In this document: in pieces, positions 20,374 to 31,481 of the stretch
Position numbering within the stretch: position 1 is the first letter of the stretch
Layout of the letters: every line of letters begins with the position of its first letter
NCBI GenBank assembly: GCA_027623195.1
Contig: JAQBUT010000010.1
Location: 26,235 to 90,234, forward strand
From: Chloroflexota bacterium
GTDB lineage: Bacteria > Chloroflexota > Dehalococcoidia > Lucifugimonadales > JADFKI01
Length of the DNA: 64,000 nucleotides
Direction: 5' to 3'
Position numbers and translations under genes: made by a program
The notes under the pieces: generated by a model
Told to the model about the DNA's origin: nothing
The model's input: only the letters and a program-made list of their open reading frames with translations
Database searches by the model: none

Positions 20374-20871
20374 TTATACGTATTCCGCTCCCATTAAGCA
20401 TGCCACGGGCTTCTGCGTCTTCTCCGCCAGCGCGAAGGCCTCGGAGATGCGTCCTACGTCAGAGTCGGTCTCCACCAGGAAGTAGTCGATGTTCCATGCG
20501 TCGAGAATCTTCTCAGTGAAACGGCCAGCTGAGTCCGGTGTGTGGCCGTGTCGGGTCCAGCCCCTGTAGCCCACCATCATTACCATGGGGAAGTCTATGT
20601 CCAGGGCCAGGCCTCGGATGGAGTCGCCAGACTCGAACATGCCGGTGTTCTGGATCAGGACAACGGGCCTCTTGCCGCCAACCCAGATGCCGGCAGCGAC
20701 GGCCATGCTCTCGCCCTCGCGACATACTGGCACCAGCTCCAGAGTGGGGTCGGCCACCATTCGCTCGAAGAGGAAGTTGGTCTCGCTGTCTGGCAGCCAG
20801 ACCACGTGAGTAATGTTGTTTTTGTTAAGCTCGCTCAAGATACCAGCCGGCGTTAATGCCGCTTCTAGCAT
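20374..20871 (-). CDS. ThDP-dependent decarboxylase alpha subunit (ComD-like)
   Basis: LPDS, REGE.MAVAAG, QNTG, VGYRG. Confidence 0.8.
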   Translation of the reverse strand: MLEAALTPAGILSELNKNNITHVVWLPDSETNFLFERMVADPTLELVPVCREGESMAVAAGIWVGGKRPVVLIQNTGMFESGDSIRGLALDIDFPMVMMVGYRGWTRHGHTPDSAGRFTEKILDAWNIDYFLVETDSDVGRISEAFALAEKTQKPVACLMGAEYV

Positions 20872-20933
20872 TTTCAATATTCCTTCCGACCCGCCGCGGC
20901 GGGCCAAACAAATTTTGTCAGATTGCCTGCGTA

Positions 20934-20963
20934 ATTATATTGGTGGCTGTATTGTGGGGTCAA
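20934..20963 (-). promoter_or_regulatory. sigma70 promoter of the comDE-like pair
   Basis: TTGACC-18-TATAAT on the minus strand. Confidence 0.6.
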
Positions 20964-20984
20964 CAAGGTACGGAGTCGATGTAC

Positions 20985-21018
20985 AAAAAACGAGGCTGCC
21001 CGTAAAGGCAGCCTCGTT
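20985..21018 (-). terminator. Intrinsic terminator after ftsZ
   Basis: aacgaggctgcc/ggcagcctcgtt stem followed by a T-run on the minus strand. Confidence 0.75.
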
Positions 21019-21054
21019 ATGAGGATCCGGCGCTAATGGGAGGTCAGTGGATGT

Positions 21055-22164
21055 CTAGTGTCGCGGGGTTGACTGCTGGGAACTTTCGTACTTGCGCGTG
21101 GACTTAGAGAACCGGCGCAGGAACGGTGGCAGGTCCAGCTCGCCACTGTCGCTCGCCAGGGCCTCCCTGAGCATTTGCGCGACGCCGTCCTCCTTTTCTT
21201 GGAGGCTTTCGGTCGTCGGGAAGCCTGTGGCGATGATAGTCAGTTTGATCTCGTTTTCCATCTTGAGGTCCGTTACCATGCCGAAGATTATATTGGCGTC
21301 GGGGTCCACTACTCTCTGAATGACCTCGGCGGCCTCATGCAGCTCTGAAAGCTTCAGATCGCTGCCTCCGGTAATGTTGAAAAGAATTCCTCGGGCTCCC
21401 TCTATGGATACATCCAGTAGCGGGTTGGTTATGGCCCGCTGTGCTGCCTCCCTTGAGCGATGCTCGCCTACGCCCCATCCGATGGACATCCAGGCCGGGC
21501 CCGAATCTCGCATGATGGCCTGAACGTCGGCGAAGTCCAGATTGATTTCCCCAGGTACTGTGACAAGCTCTGCGATGGATTGAACGCCCATACGCAAAAC
21601 GTCATCTGCCATTTTGAATGCGTTTTCTGCGGTGATCTCTTCTTCGCAGATAACGTGGAGCCGTTCGTTGGGAATCACCAGCAGTGTATCGACATGCTGC
21701 CTTAGTCGGTTGATGCCTTCCTCGGCCTGTCGGCCGCGACGAACGCCCTCGAAGCTGAAGGGTCGCGTCACCACGCCCACTGTGAGGGCTCCGGTCTCCT
21801 TGGCAATCTGCGCTACAACGGGTGCCGCGCCGGTTCCGGTGCCGCCGCCCATTCCAGCCGCAACAAAGATCATGTCGGCGTCGCGAATAGCCTCGTAAAG
21901 CTCCTCGCGGCTCTCCTCAGCGGACTTCATACCAAGGTCGGGGTTTCCGCCCACGCCCTTACCGCCGGTGAGCTCGTCGCCCACACGGATCTTGAGAGGT
22001 ACGTCGCATCGCACAAGTGCCTGCGCGTCCGTGTTCACCACCATGTATTCGACGGACGGCACCCTCTCGCGGAACATGCGCGAGACAGCGTTGGAACCAC
22101 CACCACCTACACCGATCACCTTGATCCGCGCCATCCCATCGAGTTCCCTGTTGTTAACGGCCAT
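21055..22164 (-). CDS. ftsZ: Cell division protein FtsZ
   Basis: [33 protein letters not shown] tail. Confidence 0.97.
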   Translation of the reverse strand: MAVNNRELDGMARIKVIGVGGGGSNAVSRMFRERVPSVEYMVVNTDAQALVRCDVPLKIRVGDELTGGKGVGGNPDLGMKSAEESREELYEAIRDADMIFVAAGMGGGTGTGAAPVVAQIAKETGALTVGVVTRPFSFEGVRRGRQAEEGINRLRQHVDTLLVIPNERLHVICEEEITAENAFKMADDVLRMGVQSIAELVTVPGEINLDFADVQAIMRDSGPAWMSIGWGVGEHRSREAAQRAITNPLLDVSIEGARGILFNITGGSDLKLSELHEAAEVIQRVVDPDANIIFGMVTDLKMENEIKLTIIATGFPTTESLQEKEDGVAQMLREALASDSGELDLPPFLRRFSKSTRKYESSQQSTPRH

Positions 22165-22298
22165 TGGATCCCCCCTTAATTATTTCCCGATAAAAGTGTG
22201 TCCTGGTCGCGCTCCGCGCCGATTGAAGCGAGACTTCGGACATTTCATTGCGTGAATTGAATACTGTTATGTCGTCGCTGACGGTTAGTTATAAAGGG

Positions 22299-23588
22299 TT
22301 ATTTGCCATTCCTGCGGAACGGGTTGAAAAATCTTGATTTGCCTCCGCCTACCGACACGGGCTCTTTGGCATCGGCCCTGCTTCCATTAGCGTGGCCGTT
22401 GCGGCCATTGACTGCTCCATTGGCCGAACCAGCATCGCTAATTTGCCGGGCGCCCCACAGGAGGACGCCGAATCCTGTTGAGTACGACGGCTGCTGCAGA
22501 CCCAGCGGAATTTCCATGAAGCCGTTGGGAGCGGCGGTTCGGACGTTGCCGGTCAACGTTCGCTTGATCATGTCTTCAAGCCCATCCATGTTGGACCCGC
22601 CGCCGGTTAGTACCAGGCGGAAGTTTTCAAAATCGGTGACGTCTGCGTTCTTCAGCGTGATCATAATGAGTCGCATCAGTTCTTGAGCGCGTTCGCGTGT
22701 TAGCTGGCAAACGTCGCGGCGGGGCACTCGGAGACCGGCCACCCGTCCCAGAACAGGGAGGGTGATCTCCTCGTGGGGCCGAACGGTGTCCGGCTCGGTG
22801 CTGCATTGGGTTATCTTGGCCTCCTCCGCAGCCTCGAAGGAGGTGTTGTAGGTCATACAAATATCGTTGGTGAACTGGTAGCCCCCAACCGGGATTACCG
22901 CTGAGTAAGATATGGTGCCGCCCTTGTACACGATTATGTCCGTGGTGCCGCCGCCGATATCAATTACTGCCGCGCCGCGTGCCCGCTCTACAGGTGTCAA
23001 AACCGACTCGCTGCTGGCTATGGAGTCCAGAACAACGCCGTCTACTTTGACGCCAGCGCTCTCCACTGCACGCACCAGCCTGTCCACTGCCATAGAAGAT
23101 CCAGTCACCACGTGAGTTTCCACTTCGAGGCGGTTGGAGTGCATACCCATCGGGTCCTTGATGCCCTCCTCGCCGTCCAGTGAATAGCTGATGGGCAGAG
23201 CATGTAATACTTTGCGACCAATCTGCTGGCTTGCGTTGGCGACGGTTTCGGGGACTCTGCTTATGTCCTGATCCGTGATGACGCCGTGGGAGCCAACCCA
23301 GTCCAGCACGTCTCTACGGTTCTCGAATGAGATGTGCGTGCCAGTGATGCCGACAAATGCGGAGTTAATCTTGATGCCAGACTGCTTCTGCGCTTCCTCG
23401 ACGGATTCGCGGATAGCTCGTTGGGCCTCGACAATATCTTCAATATTGCCTTTGGATAGCCCTTTGCACGGAACTACGCCGTGACCGAGGGCTTCAAAGT
23501 TCCCTGCATTGTCAACGCTGGCCACCAGCGTGAATATCTTCGTTGTCCCAACGTCGATAGCAGTGATAATTCTGGACGATTGCATCAT
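22299..23588 (-). CDS. ftsA: Cell division protein FtsA
   Basis: IDVGTTK, DIGGGTT, VLTGGGS, C-terminal amphipathic tail. Confidence 0.93.
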   Translation of the reverse strand: MMQSSRIITAIDVGTTKIFTLVASVDNAGNFEALGHGVVPCKGLSKGNIEDIVEAQRAIRESVEEAQKQSGIKINSAFVGITGTHISFENRRDVLDWVGSHGVITDQDISRVPETVANASQQIGRKVLHALPISYSLDGEEGIKDPMGMHSNRLEVETHVVTGSSMAVDRLVRAVESAGVKVDGVVLDSIASSESVLTPVERARGAAVIDIGGGTTDIIVYKGGTISYSAVIPVGGYQFTNDICMTYNTSFEAAEEAKITQCSTEPDTVRPHEEITLPVLGRVAGLRVPRRDVCQLTRERAQELMRLIMITLKNADVTDFENFRLVLTGGGSNMDGLEDMIKRTLTGNVRTAAPNGFMEIPLGLQQPSYSTGFGVLLWGARQISDAGSANGAVNGRNGHANGSRADAKEPVSVGGGKSRFFNPFRRNGK

Positions 23589-23622
23589 CACGGTCGCTCC
23601 ATCATCTCGGTTCGTAAAATAT

Positions 23623-24543
23623 CTAAGTCCGTTCGACCACTCGTAGGCGAGCGCTTCGGCTACGAGGGTTGGCCGCGACTTCCTCATCTTTCGGTTTTAT
23701 AACTCGGCGATTTACAAGACGTATCGATGCGGTGTGGCCACACACGCACTTTGGTGTCTCAGGAGGGCAGATGCAGTCCCGAGATTCCGTCCGAAAGGTT
23801 GTCTTGACTAGCCGGTCCTCCAGAGAGTGGTAGCTAATAATCGCGAGCCTTCCACCCTGTTCAAGAAGCTGTATGCCCTGTTCCAGTCCCGCTTCGACAT
23901 TTTCCAGCTCTCCGTTCACTACCATTCGAATGGCCTGGAATGTTTTGGTAGCCGGGTGAATTCGTCCCCTGGGACGGCCCACCGACCTTGCCACCACGTC
24001 TGCGAGTTGGGTTGTTGTGCCCAGGGGGCGGGCGTAAACGATTCCCCTTGCAATGCGCCTGGAACCGCGCTCCTCTCCGTACTTATATATAGCGTTGGCT
24101 AAGTCCTGCTCCGAATATTCGTTTACCACATCGGCGGCCGTAACCGTTTGGCCTTCGTCGAATCGCATGTCCAGCGGGGCCTCTTGCTGAAAGCTGAAAC
24201 CCCTGTGTCCCTCGTTCAACTGAAGCGACGATATGCCCAGGTCCATCAGTACACCGTCAACATGATCAATGCCGAGCGCGTTGACCACTGAGGTCATGTC
24301 AGCGTAGTTCCCTTGAACCAGCTCGACATACTGCTCAAATTCCTTCAGGCGACTGGAAGCGGCTTTGAGCGCGTCTGCGTCCAGGTCGAACCCAATCAGC
24401 CTGGGCGGAGGCGATACCGCTTTCAGTATGGACAGTGCGTGTCCGCCCTCTCCCGTGGTGCAGTCTATGTATAGCCCGTCAGACTTCACTTGCAGGGCGG
24501 TAAGTACCTCTTCCACCATCACAGGTGTGTGATGAACGTCCAC
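23623..24543 (-). CDS. rsmH: 16S rRNA m4C1402 methyltransferase
   Basis: HTPVM, GEGGH, DLGISS.QL, PLDMR, SYHSLEDR, NPRSRSARLR. Confidence 0.96.
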   Translation of the reverse strand: MDVHHTPVMVEEVLTALQVKSDGLYIDCTTGEGGHALSILKAVSPPPRLIGFDLDADALKAASSRLKEFEQYVELVQGNYADMTSVVNALGIDHVDGVLMDLGISSLQLNEGHRGFSFQQEAPLDMRFDEGQTVTAADVVNEYSEQDLANAIYKYGEERGSRRIARGIVYARPLGTTTQLADVVARSVGRPRGRIHPATKTFQAIRMVVNGELENVEAGLEQGIQLLEQGGRLAIISYHSLEDRLVKTTFRTESRDCICPPETPKCVCGHTASIRLVNRRVIKPKDEEVAANPRSRSARLRVVERT

Positions 24544-24792
24544 CGCGAATCACCAGCGGCCCCGAATTGCAGCTTGTTTCGCCGCCGGGCCTCTCACTCT
24601 CTCTACGGTCGGCCCCGGTGGTAGGCCTTGGAGAGCCAATCGTGGTAAAATACGCTCGGTGCAAGGTGTCTTCCAGCACTCCAGTGGGTTGAGTTTGCCA
24701 AAGGATTCAATACACTCGCAAGGGTATTTTGGGCATCTCTTTTAAGCAAAATTAAACATACGAATTTAAGTCTATGAGCGCAGTGGTTAAAT

Positions 24793-25284
24793 ATGGCTGA
24801 CGACAATTTCAGATTGGGCATCCTGACTATTAGCGACACCGGTTCCAAGGGCCAAAGGCAGGACACCAGCGGCGATGCTATTAGCGAGATGATGGCCCGC
24901 GAAGGATTCGTGGAGGTTGTACGCGAAATCGTGCCTGACGAACAAGACATCATTTCAGCAAAACTGAAGGAGTGGTGCGACGGCGGTACGCTAGATCTGG
25001 TGCTTACGACTGGTGGCACCGGCCTGGGTCCACGAGACGTCACACCAGAGGCGACCCGCGAGGTGCTGGACATCGAGGTGCCTGGCATAGCAGAAGCGAT
25101 GCGGATACAAACCCTGAAGAACACGCCCCTCGCCATGCTGAGCCGGTCTATGGCAGGGGTACGCTCCGGCTGCATGATAGTCAACCTGCCCGGCAGCGAG
25201 AAGGCAGTGCGCGAGACGCTGGCCGTGGCCGTGGAGGCGATCCCTCACGGCCTGCAAATGCTCAAGGGCTGGCGGATGCACTAG
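24793..25284 (+). CDS. mog: Molybdopterin adenylyltransferase (MogA/MoaB)
   Basis: [26 protein letters not shown]. Confidence 0.88.
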   Translation: MADDNFRLGILTISDTGSKGQRQDTSGDAISEMMAREGFVEVVREIVPDEQDIISAKLKEWCDGGTLDLVLTTGGTGLGPRDVTPEATREVLDIEVPGIAEAMRIQTLKNTPLAMLSRSMAGVRSGCMIVNLPGSEKAVRETLAVAVEAIPHGLQMLKGWRMH

Positions 25285-26030
25285 TGGCAGATTCGCCAGT
25301 TATCCGCTTCCACGTCTTTACGCTTTTTCCCGGCATGTTCGCGGGTCCTACGTCCGAAAGCATCATCGCCAGGGCTCAGGAGAAGGGTCTGGTAGAGCTT
25401 AACCTGTACGACATTCGCGAGCACGCCCATGACCGGCATAGGTCGGTTGACGACTACCCCTTCGGCGGCGGCTACGGCATGGTCATGAAGCCAGAACCAC
25501 TATTCGAAGCCGTGGAGGCGCTGAAGTCAGATGCCTCGTTGCCCGCGAGCACGCCGATCATTCTGCTTACCCCCCAGGGCAGACCTCTTACGCAGACCGT
25601 AGTGGAAGAGCTTGGGACGAAGCCCGAACTGGCGCTGATCTGCGGCCGTTACGAGGGCGTGGACGAGCGTATACGGCAGCACCTGGTTACTGATGAGATT
25701 AGTCTGGGCGATTTCGTGCTCAGCGGCGGAGAGCTGGCGGCAATGGCATTGATTGACGCCGTGACCAGGCTCGTCCCGGGAGTTCTGGGCTCCATCGAGT
25801 CCGCCATGGACGACTCTTTTACCACGAGACTGCTGCAGTACCCACAGTACACAAGGCCAGCTGAGTTTCGCAACTGGAACGTTCCTGACGTGCTGCTTTC
25901 CGGCAACCATGCTGAGATCGAGCGCTGGCGTCGCCAGGAGAGCCTGCGCCGCACCAAAGAGCGTCGACCAGACCTGCTGGACGCTGCTCCGCTCACCGAC
26001 GAAGACAGGAAGCTACTCGAAGGTCTATAA
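25284..26030 (+). CDS. trmD: tRNA (guanine-N1)-methyltransferase
   Basis: [32 protein letters not shown] start overlaps the mog stop. Confidence 0.95.
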   Translation: MADSPVIRFHVFTLFPGMFAGPTSESIIARAQEKGLVELNLYDIREHAHDRHRSVDDYPFGGGYGMVMKPEPLFEAVEALKSDASLPASTPIILLTPQGRPLTQTVVEELGTKPELALICGRYEGVDERIRQHLVTDEISLGDFVLSGGELAAMALIDAVTRLVPGVLGSIESAMDDSFTTRLLQYPQYTRPAEFRNWNVPDVLLSGNHAEIERWRRQESLRRTKERRPDLLDAAPLTDEDRKLLEGL

Positions 26031-26147
26031 TGGCGGACGCGGCTAGAAGTAGGGGTTGCCGAGAATGTTGGGGCTTGTAATGTGCGGTCGTGTATGTCAC
26101 GCCATGTCGGAACCCGTAGCTTAACGTTGCTGGTAGAGCAGGTATTT

Positions 26148-26225
26148 CACCCTCACCTCAATCCTCTCCCTCAGGGAGAGGAGGTTATCCCTCCCTCGCG
26201 GTGCGGGGAGATTAGGTTGGGGGTT
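26148..26225. repeat. REP-like palindrome CCCTCACC..CCTCTCCC-N-GGGAGAGG
   Basis: tcctctccc tca gggagagga hairpin with C-rich and G-rich flanks. Confidence 0.6.
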
Positions 26226-26287
26226 CGGGCCTAGCCCGGAAATCGGCGTCCGCGATTATCCGCGCGCGGCTCTGCATGGATATAATT

Positions 26288-27403
26288 ATGAAGATTACTG
26301 ACATAAAAATCGAAGTTGTCAGACGAGAGATACCCGACACCGGCCTGGACTCGGACATGGGTCGGTTCGCCGGCACCACCGAGCAGGGCGTGTTGCGCGT
26401 CTTCACCGACGAGGGGATTGAAGGCAACTGCTTTGTCGGCGAGTTTCGCCAGGGCGGTGGCAGGGACTTCGATCACATACTCAAGACGCTGAAACCGCAG
26501 CTAATAGGCCGAGACCCTTCCGAGCGCGAGTGGCTCTGGAGCCGCCTGGAGATTCTTGACCGCCGCCGCGCGCTCTCCATGTCCGCATGGGCCGCCGTGG
26601 ACGTGGCGCTCTGGGACATCTCCGGCAAGCAGGCCGGTGTGCCTATTTACAAGCTGTTGGGCGCTCAGCGCAATGAGATAGAGCCCTACGCCACATATCC
26701 ACCCAGGCACGAGTCGCCGGATGGCTATATTCGTGAAGCGGAGGAGATAGTTTCGAAGGGCTTTCGAGCGTACAAGATACATCCGGGCGTCATGAGTAGC
26801 AGGGACGTTCAGGAGATGGTGGCTGGCGTGCGTCAGGCCGTTGGCGACGACATGACACTGATGCTGGACCCCAACAATGGCTACGACTTCCGAAAGGCCC
26901 TGGAGATAGGCCGTGCTCTGGATGACAACGGCTTCTTCTGGTTCGAGGACCCGGTACCCTGGCACGACTACGACGCTATCGTCGGCCTCAGCAGCCGCCT
27001 GGACACCCCACTCTGCATGAGCGACGCCGCACCGCAACAGTTTCAATACGGCGCTCATATGATCCGGCTGGAGGCGTTGCGTCTGGTCCGGGGCACTGCG
27101 CGAAAGCTTGGCATCACCGGACTAAAGAAGCTATGCTCAATGGCTGAAGGCTTCGGCATGAACTGCGAGATAGGAACGGCGGGAAACTCCTTTATGAATG
27201 CCGCCAACCTTCACGTTATCTTCTCCGTGGCCAACTGTGATTATTTCGAAAACTGGATGCCTCTGGCGGCTCACCAGTTCGGTTTCGTCGAGGACATACA
27301 GCGGAACAGCAGCGGCGTCATAGAGGCGCCGACGCTACCCGGTATCGGCTACAGGATTGACTGGGAATGGATAAAAGCCAACACAGTGGCGGTACTGGAC
27401 TAG
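26288..27403 (+). CDS. Mandelate racemase/muconate lactonizing enzyme family (enolase superfamily)
   Basis: MKITDI, DVALWDI.GK, YKIH, LMLD, WFEDP, PGIG. Confidence 0.88.
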   Translation: MKITDIKIEVVRREIPDTGLDSDMGRFAGTTEQGVLRVFTDEGIEGNCFVGEFRQGGGRDFDHILKTLKPQLIGRDPSEREWLWSRLEILDRRRALSMSAWAAVDVALWDISGKQAGVPIYKLLGAQRNEIEPYATYPPRHESPDGYIREAEEIVSKGFRAYKIHPGVMSSRDVQEMVAGVRQAVGDDMTLMLDPNNGYDFRKALEIGRALDDNGFFWFEDPVPWHDYDAIVGLSSRLDTPLCMSDAAPQQFQYGAHMIRLEALRLVRGTARKLGITGLKKLCSMAEGFGMNCEIGTAGNSFMNAANLHVIFSVANCDYFENWMPLAAHQFGFVEDIQRNSSGVIEAPTLPGIGYRIDWEWIKANTVAVLD

Positions 27404-27457
27404 GTTGGCTCGCAATGTTAGGAACGTAAGGCTGCGTTCAGAAATGGTAGTCGCTAT

Positions 27458-28099
27458 TTGACACAAAAACCGGTGGAGCACGCAAACAGGATCAGGTGGG
27501 TCTACGCCTCGCAAGACAATACCGACCTGACCGAACGCTACGAAGACTGGGCCAAGGAATACGACCGCGACCTTATCGAGCAGTTCGGCTACGTTGGGCC
27601 GCGCGTGGCCACTGAGCAGTTTCAGCTTTACGTGCCCAAAAACGGCAAGGTGCTGGACGCTGGTGCCGGCACTGGAATGGTCGGGCAGGAGCTTTACAGG
27701 CTGGGGTACCATGACATCGAGGCTATAGACATCTCACGCGCAATGCTGGACGAGGCCCGGCGCAAAAACGTCTACGGCAAGCTGCACGAGATGGTTATGG
27801 GCGAGAAGCTTGATTTCCCAACCAACCACTTCGACGCGACCATATGCGTGGGGACTCTGACGGTAGGCCACGCTGGCCCTGAGGCTCTAGAAGAGCTTGT
27901 GCGGGTTACCCGGCCCGGCGGTCACATCGTGTTCATGTTGCGCGCCGACCTGTACCTTAGCGACGGCTTTCGAGAGAAGCAGGACGACCTGGAGTTCTCC
28001 GAGATATGGTGGCCGGTCAGCGTTACTGATCGATTTCAGGCCCTTCCCATTGGTGAGCCGGACCTGTATCACCAGGTCTGGACCTACATGGTGACGTAG
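27458..28099 (+). CDS. Class I SAM-dependent methyltransferase
   Basis: YEDWA..YD, VLDAGAGTG, RVTRPGG. Confidence 0.85.
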   Translation: MTQKPVEHANRIRWVYASQDNTDLTERYEDWAKEYDRDLIEQFGYVGPRVATEQFQLYVPKNGKVLDAGAGTGMVGQELYRLGYHDIEAIDISRAMLDEARRKNVYGKLHEMVMGEKLDFPTNHFDATICVGTLTVGHAGPEALEELVRVTRPGGHIVFMLRADLYLSDGFREKQDDLEFSEIWWPVSVTDRFQALPIGEPDLYHQVWTYMVT

Positions 28100-28123
28100 G
28101 GGCTGCCTTCGCATCATTCGCCC

Positions 28124-29233
28124 ATGCCAGAGGAAAGTATGACCTTAGACTCAGCACAACCTTCGGATAGCGACCAAAAGCTTAAGTTCGACTGGCGTGA
28201 TCTGCCTGCCGTTACCGCGCACCTTCCGGGCACAGGCGGCCGAATCCGCTCCGAGATCGAAGACTTCGTGGTGACGGAGCTTCCGAGCTACCTGCCTTCC
28301 GGCGCCGGTGATCACGTTTATGCCTACGTCGAGAAGCGCGGCCTGGCCACCATGGACCTGGTTAGGCACCTCCAGAGGCAGGGTGTTCCTGAGCGAGACG
28401 TGGGATTCGCAGGTCAGAAGGACAAGTACGCCGTGGCCCGCCAGTGGCTCAGCGTACATCAGCAATACTCTTCCCAACTGGAGTCACTGGCTGATGTGGA
28501 AGGCGTGGAGGTCTTGGAGCTGTCCCATCACCGCAACAAGCTGGGCCTGGGACACCTGCGTGGCAACTCTTTTGAGTTAAGGGTGCGGGAGCCGGTGTCG
28601 GACTGGCAGCCCAGGGCGGAGGCCATCGTTGCCCATCTGCAAACCGTAGGCCTGCCAAACTACTTTGGTCCGCAGAGGTTCGGACACTTCAACACAAACG
28701 CTTCCGACGCCGTGCGGCTCATACGCGGCGAGCGCGTGCAAGGCGGTCGGCAGATGCATAAGTTCTACCGTTCCGCGTTGCAATCGCATATATTCAACAC
28801 GCTGCTCAAGCTGCGTATGGAGGGCGGTAACTACGGCGGCATCATCTCCGGCGACATGGCGCAGAAGCACGAAACTGGCGGCACGTTCATCGTAGATGAC
28901 CCTGCAGCAGAATCGGTTCGTGCCCAGGCTATGGAGATCAGCGCAGTGCTTCCTATGTTCGGCAAAAAGGTCAAGCCCAGCGTTGGCCTGGCCGGTGAGA
29001 TGGAGGCTGGCGTTCTGGCTGAGCTTCAACTGGAGTGGCAGGACTTCCGTGCGGCGCACGGTGCACGGCGAACCAGCCGTGTCAAGCTGGAAGATGTCAG
29101 CCTAACGCCCGCCGAGGAAGGCTACCTGGTCAGCTTTACGCTTCCCAAAGGCTCCTACGCTACCTGCCTCATGCGAGAGCTGACGAAGGTGGAAGAGACT
29201 CCCAACAGCCCTAGTGAAAGCGTCGGAGTATAA
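28124..29233 (+). CDS. truD: tRNA pseudouridine(13) synthase
   Basis: [36 protein letters not shown]. Confidence 0.93.
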   Translation: MPEESMTLDSAQPSDSDQKLKFDWRDLPAVTAHLPGTGGRIRSEIEDFVVTELPSYLPSGAGDHVYAYVEKRGLATMDLVRHLQRQGVPERDVGFAGQKDKYAVARQWLSVHQQYSSQLESLADVEGVEVLELSHHRNKLGLGHLRGNSFELRVREPVSDWQPRAEAIVAHLQTVGLPNYFGPQRFGHFNTNASDAVRLIRGERVQGGRQMHKFYRSALQSHIFNTLLKLRMEGGNYGGIISGDMAQKHETGGTFIVDDPAAESVRAQAMEISAVLPMFGKKVKPSVGLAGEMEAGVLAELQLEWQDFRAAHGARRTSRVKLEDVSLTPAEEGYLVSFTLPKGSYATCLMRELTKVEETPNSPSESVGV

Positions 29234-29279
29234 TTCGGCTCGTAGGCCATATTTCATCCCGCTGGAGATAAGTAAAACA

Positions 29280-30260
29280 ATGTACGTGGGCACGCAGTTA
29301 CAGGCACGCACGGACGATGACTACAGAGTGTTCGCTCAGCTGGGACTGGAACACATATGCGGATACCCTCCTGGCCCTGCGGAAGAGTGGAATGCAGGAC
29401 TATTGAAAAATTACAGAGAGCACGTCGAATCCTTTGGTTTGACGCTGGACTTCATACCGTTGCCTCTGTCCTCCCACGAGATATCCAGGGCCGAGAATCC
29501 ACACATCATGCTTGGTAAAAGTCCAGAACGTGACCGTGAAATAGAAAGCATTTGCAACCTCATTCGGGCGTGCGGGGAGGCGGGCATACCGGCGGTGAAG
29601 TACAACATGACGCTGCTGGGAGTGGTCACCACCGACCATGTAGATTGGCGCGGCGGCTCCAAGACGCGCTACTTCAACTTCGACGAAACGGCGCAGGAGC
29701 CGGTGCAGACAATCGCCGGTCCTGTGGATGCCGACACCATGTGGGAGCGAATCGACTACTTTCTGGAGCGCGTGGTGCCCGTTGCAGAGGAGAACCGCAT
29801 TCGTATGGCACTGCACCCCCACGACCCTGGAATGCCCCGTCCAGGCGGGTTTCGAGGGGTTGACAGGGTGTTGGGTAGCGTCGAGGGCATAAAGAAGTTC
29901 GTGTCGCTGCACGAGAGCCCGTACCACGGCCTGAACTTCTGCCAGGGCACCGTGTCCGAGATGTTGGAGAAGCCGGGCGAGGAAATATACGACGTCATAC
30001 GCTACTTCGGCGAGCGCAAGAAGATATTCAACGTCCACTTCCGCAACATCATAGGCGGCTTCCTGAACTTCACGGAGACCTACATCGACGACGGCGACGT
30101 GGACATGCATAAGGCGGTGCAGACCTACAAAGAGGTCGGCTACCCCTACATGCTCATGCCCGACCACGTTCCGGAAATGTCCGGCGAGAATTCTCGGTTA
30201 GTTGGCTTTGCTTATACCTACGGCTACATCCGTGCGCTCATAGACGGGGTTAGCCGGTAG
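29280..30260 (+). CDS. uxuA: Mannonate dehydratase family
   Basis: ALHPHDP, NFCQG, VHFRN, MPDH. Confidence 0.8.
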   Translation: MYVGTQLQARTDDDYRVFAQLGLEHICGYPPGPAEEWNAGLLKNYREHVESFGLTLDFIPLPLSSHEISRAENPHIMLGKSPERDREIESICNLIRACGEAGIPAVKYNMTLLGVVTTDHVDWRGGSKTRYFNFDETAQEPVQTIAGPVDADTMWERIDYFLERVVPVAEENRIRMALHPHDPGMPRPGGFRGVDRVLGSVEGIKKFVSLHESPYHGLNFCQGTVSEMLEKPGEEIYDVIRYFGERKKIFNVHFRNIIGGFLNFTETYIDDGDVDMHKAVQTYKEVGYPYMLMPDHVPEMSGENSRLVGFAYTYGYIRALIDGVSR

Positions 30261-30269
30261 GCCAAGGCC

Positions 30270-31319
30270 CTACAACATCGCCTCGTTAAGCTGCACGCCG
30301 AAGCCGGGAGCGTCATTAGGCGTGATGTAGCCGTCCTTGGGAGCGGGCTCGTTTAGCCACAGGATGTCGCGCTCATCACGGATGTGGTCCGAGTGGAACT
30401 CGGCCAGGTCAGCGCAGTTCGTTGCCGTCAGCAGGTGCAGACCCCAGACCTCACCCCCTCTATGCGGCGATACAGGGATTCCCAGCTCGTAGGCCATCTT
30501 CACGATGCGCAGGCCTGCGGTGATGCCGCCGCACCAGGTGATGTCCGGTTGCCACAGGTCCAGCGCGCCTGTCTTCGCGATGTCCCCGAAACCGACATGT
30601 GTAAACTCGTGCTCACCGCCGGCAATCAGCGTGTCGTTTACGTGGCCGCGTAGGGCTGCCTGCCCCTCTAGGTCGTCGGGCGTTAACACATCTTCGAACC
30701 AGTACAGGTTGTGCCGCGCCAGCCTTTTGCCCATCTCCAGCGTAACGTCTGTATCCCAGGACATGTACGTGTCGATGGCCAGCATAGCGTCAGGCCCGAA
30801 AAGCTCCCGAGCCTTTGTCGCTGCTGCGTCTGCGACTTCGTAATCAGACTCCCTGCCGGTCCAGCGGTGAGCGAATTTGTGGGCCGTGTAGCCCAGATCG
30901 GCGTAAAGCTCCGAATCCTGACCCGTGGCGTAGGCCCGAGACCGCTCCTGACGAGCGCCGCCCAGTACCTCGTACACCGGTTTGGCCTCCGCCTTGCCTA
31001 GTAGGTCGTACAGGGCTAAATCGACTCCGCTCAGGGCCATGATGGCCAGCCCTTTGCGGCCATATGGCATGGATGCGTCGTAAAGCATGTCCCATATGGC
31101 CGTCACATCGTCAATACCATGGACATTCTGTCCAACCAGCAACTCCCGGTAGTGCCCATTGACGATTTCGACACCCGCAACGCCCCCGCCGCCGTAACCC
31201 AGACCTGCCACGCCCCCGTCTGTTTCCACGCGCACGACGATTTGCCAAAACTGCGTTCGCCACGAAGGGACTACGTGACGGTACTTGGGATAGACGGCTT
31301 TGACGTCTGTGATCTTCAT
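30270..31319 (-). CDS. Enolase-superfamily acid-sugar dehydratase (rhamnonate dehydratase-like)
   Basis: PYGRKG, SGVDLALYD, WFED, GGEH, QPDITWCGG. Confidence 0.82.
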   Translation of the reverse strand: MKITDVKAVYPKYRHVVPSWRTQFWQIVVRVETDGGVAGLGYGGGGVAGVEIVNGHYRELLVGQNVHGIDDVTAIWDMLYDASMPYGRKGLAIMALSGVDLALYDLLGKAEAKPVYEVLGGARQERSRAYATGQDSELYADLGYTAHKFAHRWTGRESDYEVADAAATKARELFGPDAMLAIDTYMSWDTDVTLEMGKRLARHNLYWFEDVLTPDDLEGQAALRGHVNDTLIAGGEHEFTHVGFGDIAKTGALDLWQPDITWCGGITAGLRIVKMAYELGIPVSPHRGGEVWGLHLLTATNCADLAEFHSDHIRDERDILWLNEPAPKDGYITPNDAPGFGVQLNEAML

Positions 31320-31481
31320 TTTTCGCCTCTTTGGAGAATTGGTGGCCTAATGCTACACGTGGTATAGCAGGCGGGCAATATCAACACAGGTCAACCGCTA
31401 CCCTGTGGTATCATCAGCAGGCCAACACCGGTCTCGCCGGGTTGGCGGCGAACGTCTTCTAGAGGGGCGAAAGGACTGCCC

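Noticed and set aside
24544..24792. mraZ remnant upstream of rsmH
   Set aside because: No DxxGR MraZ motifs recognisable
24972..25283. Apparent N-terminal fusion on TrmD
   Set aside because: Out-of-frame overlap with mog; the real start is GTG 25284
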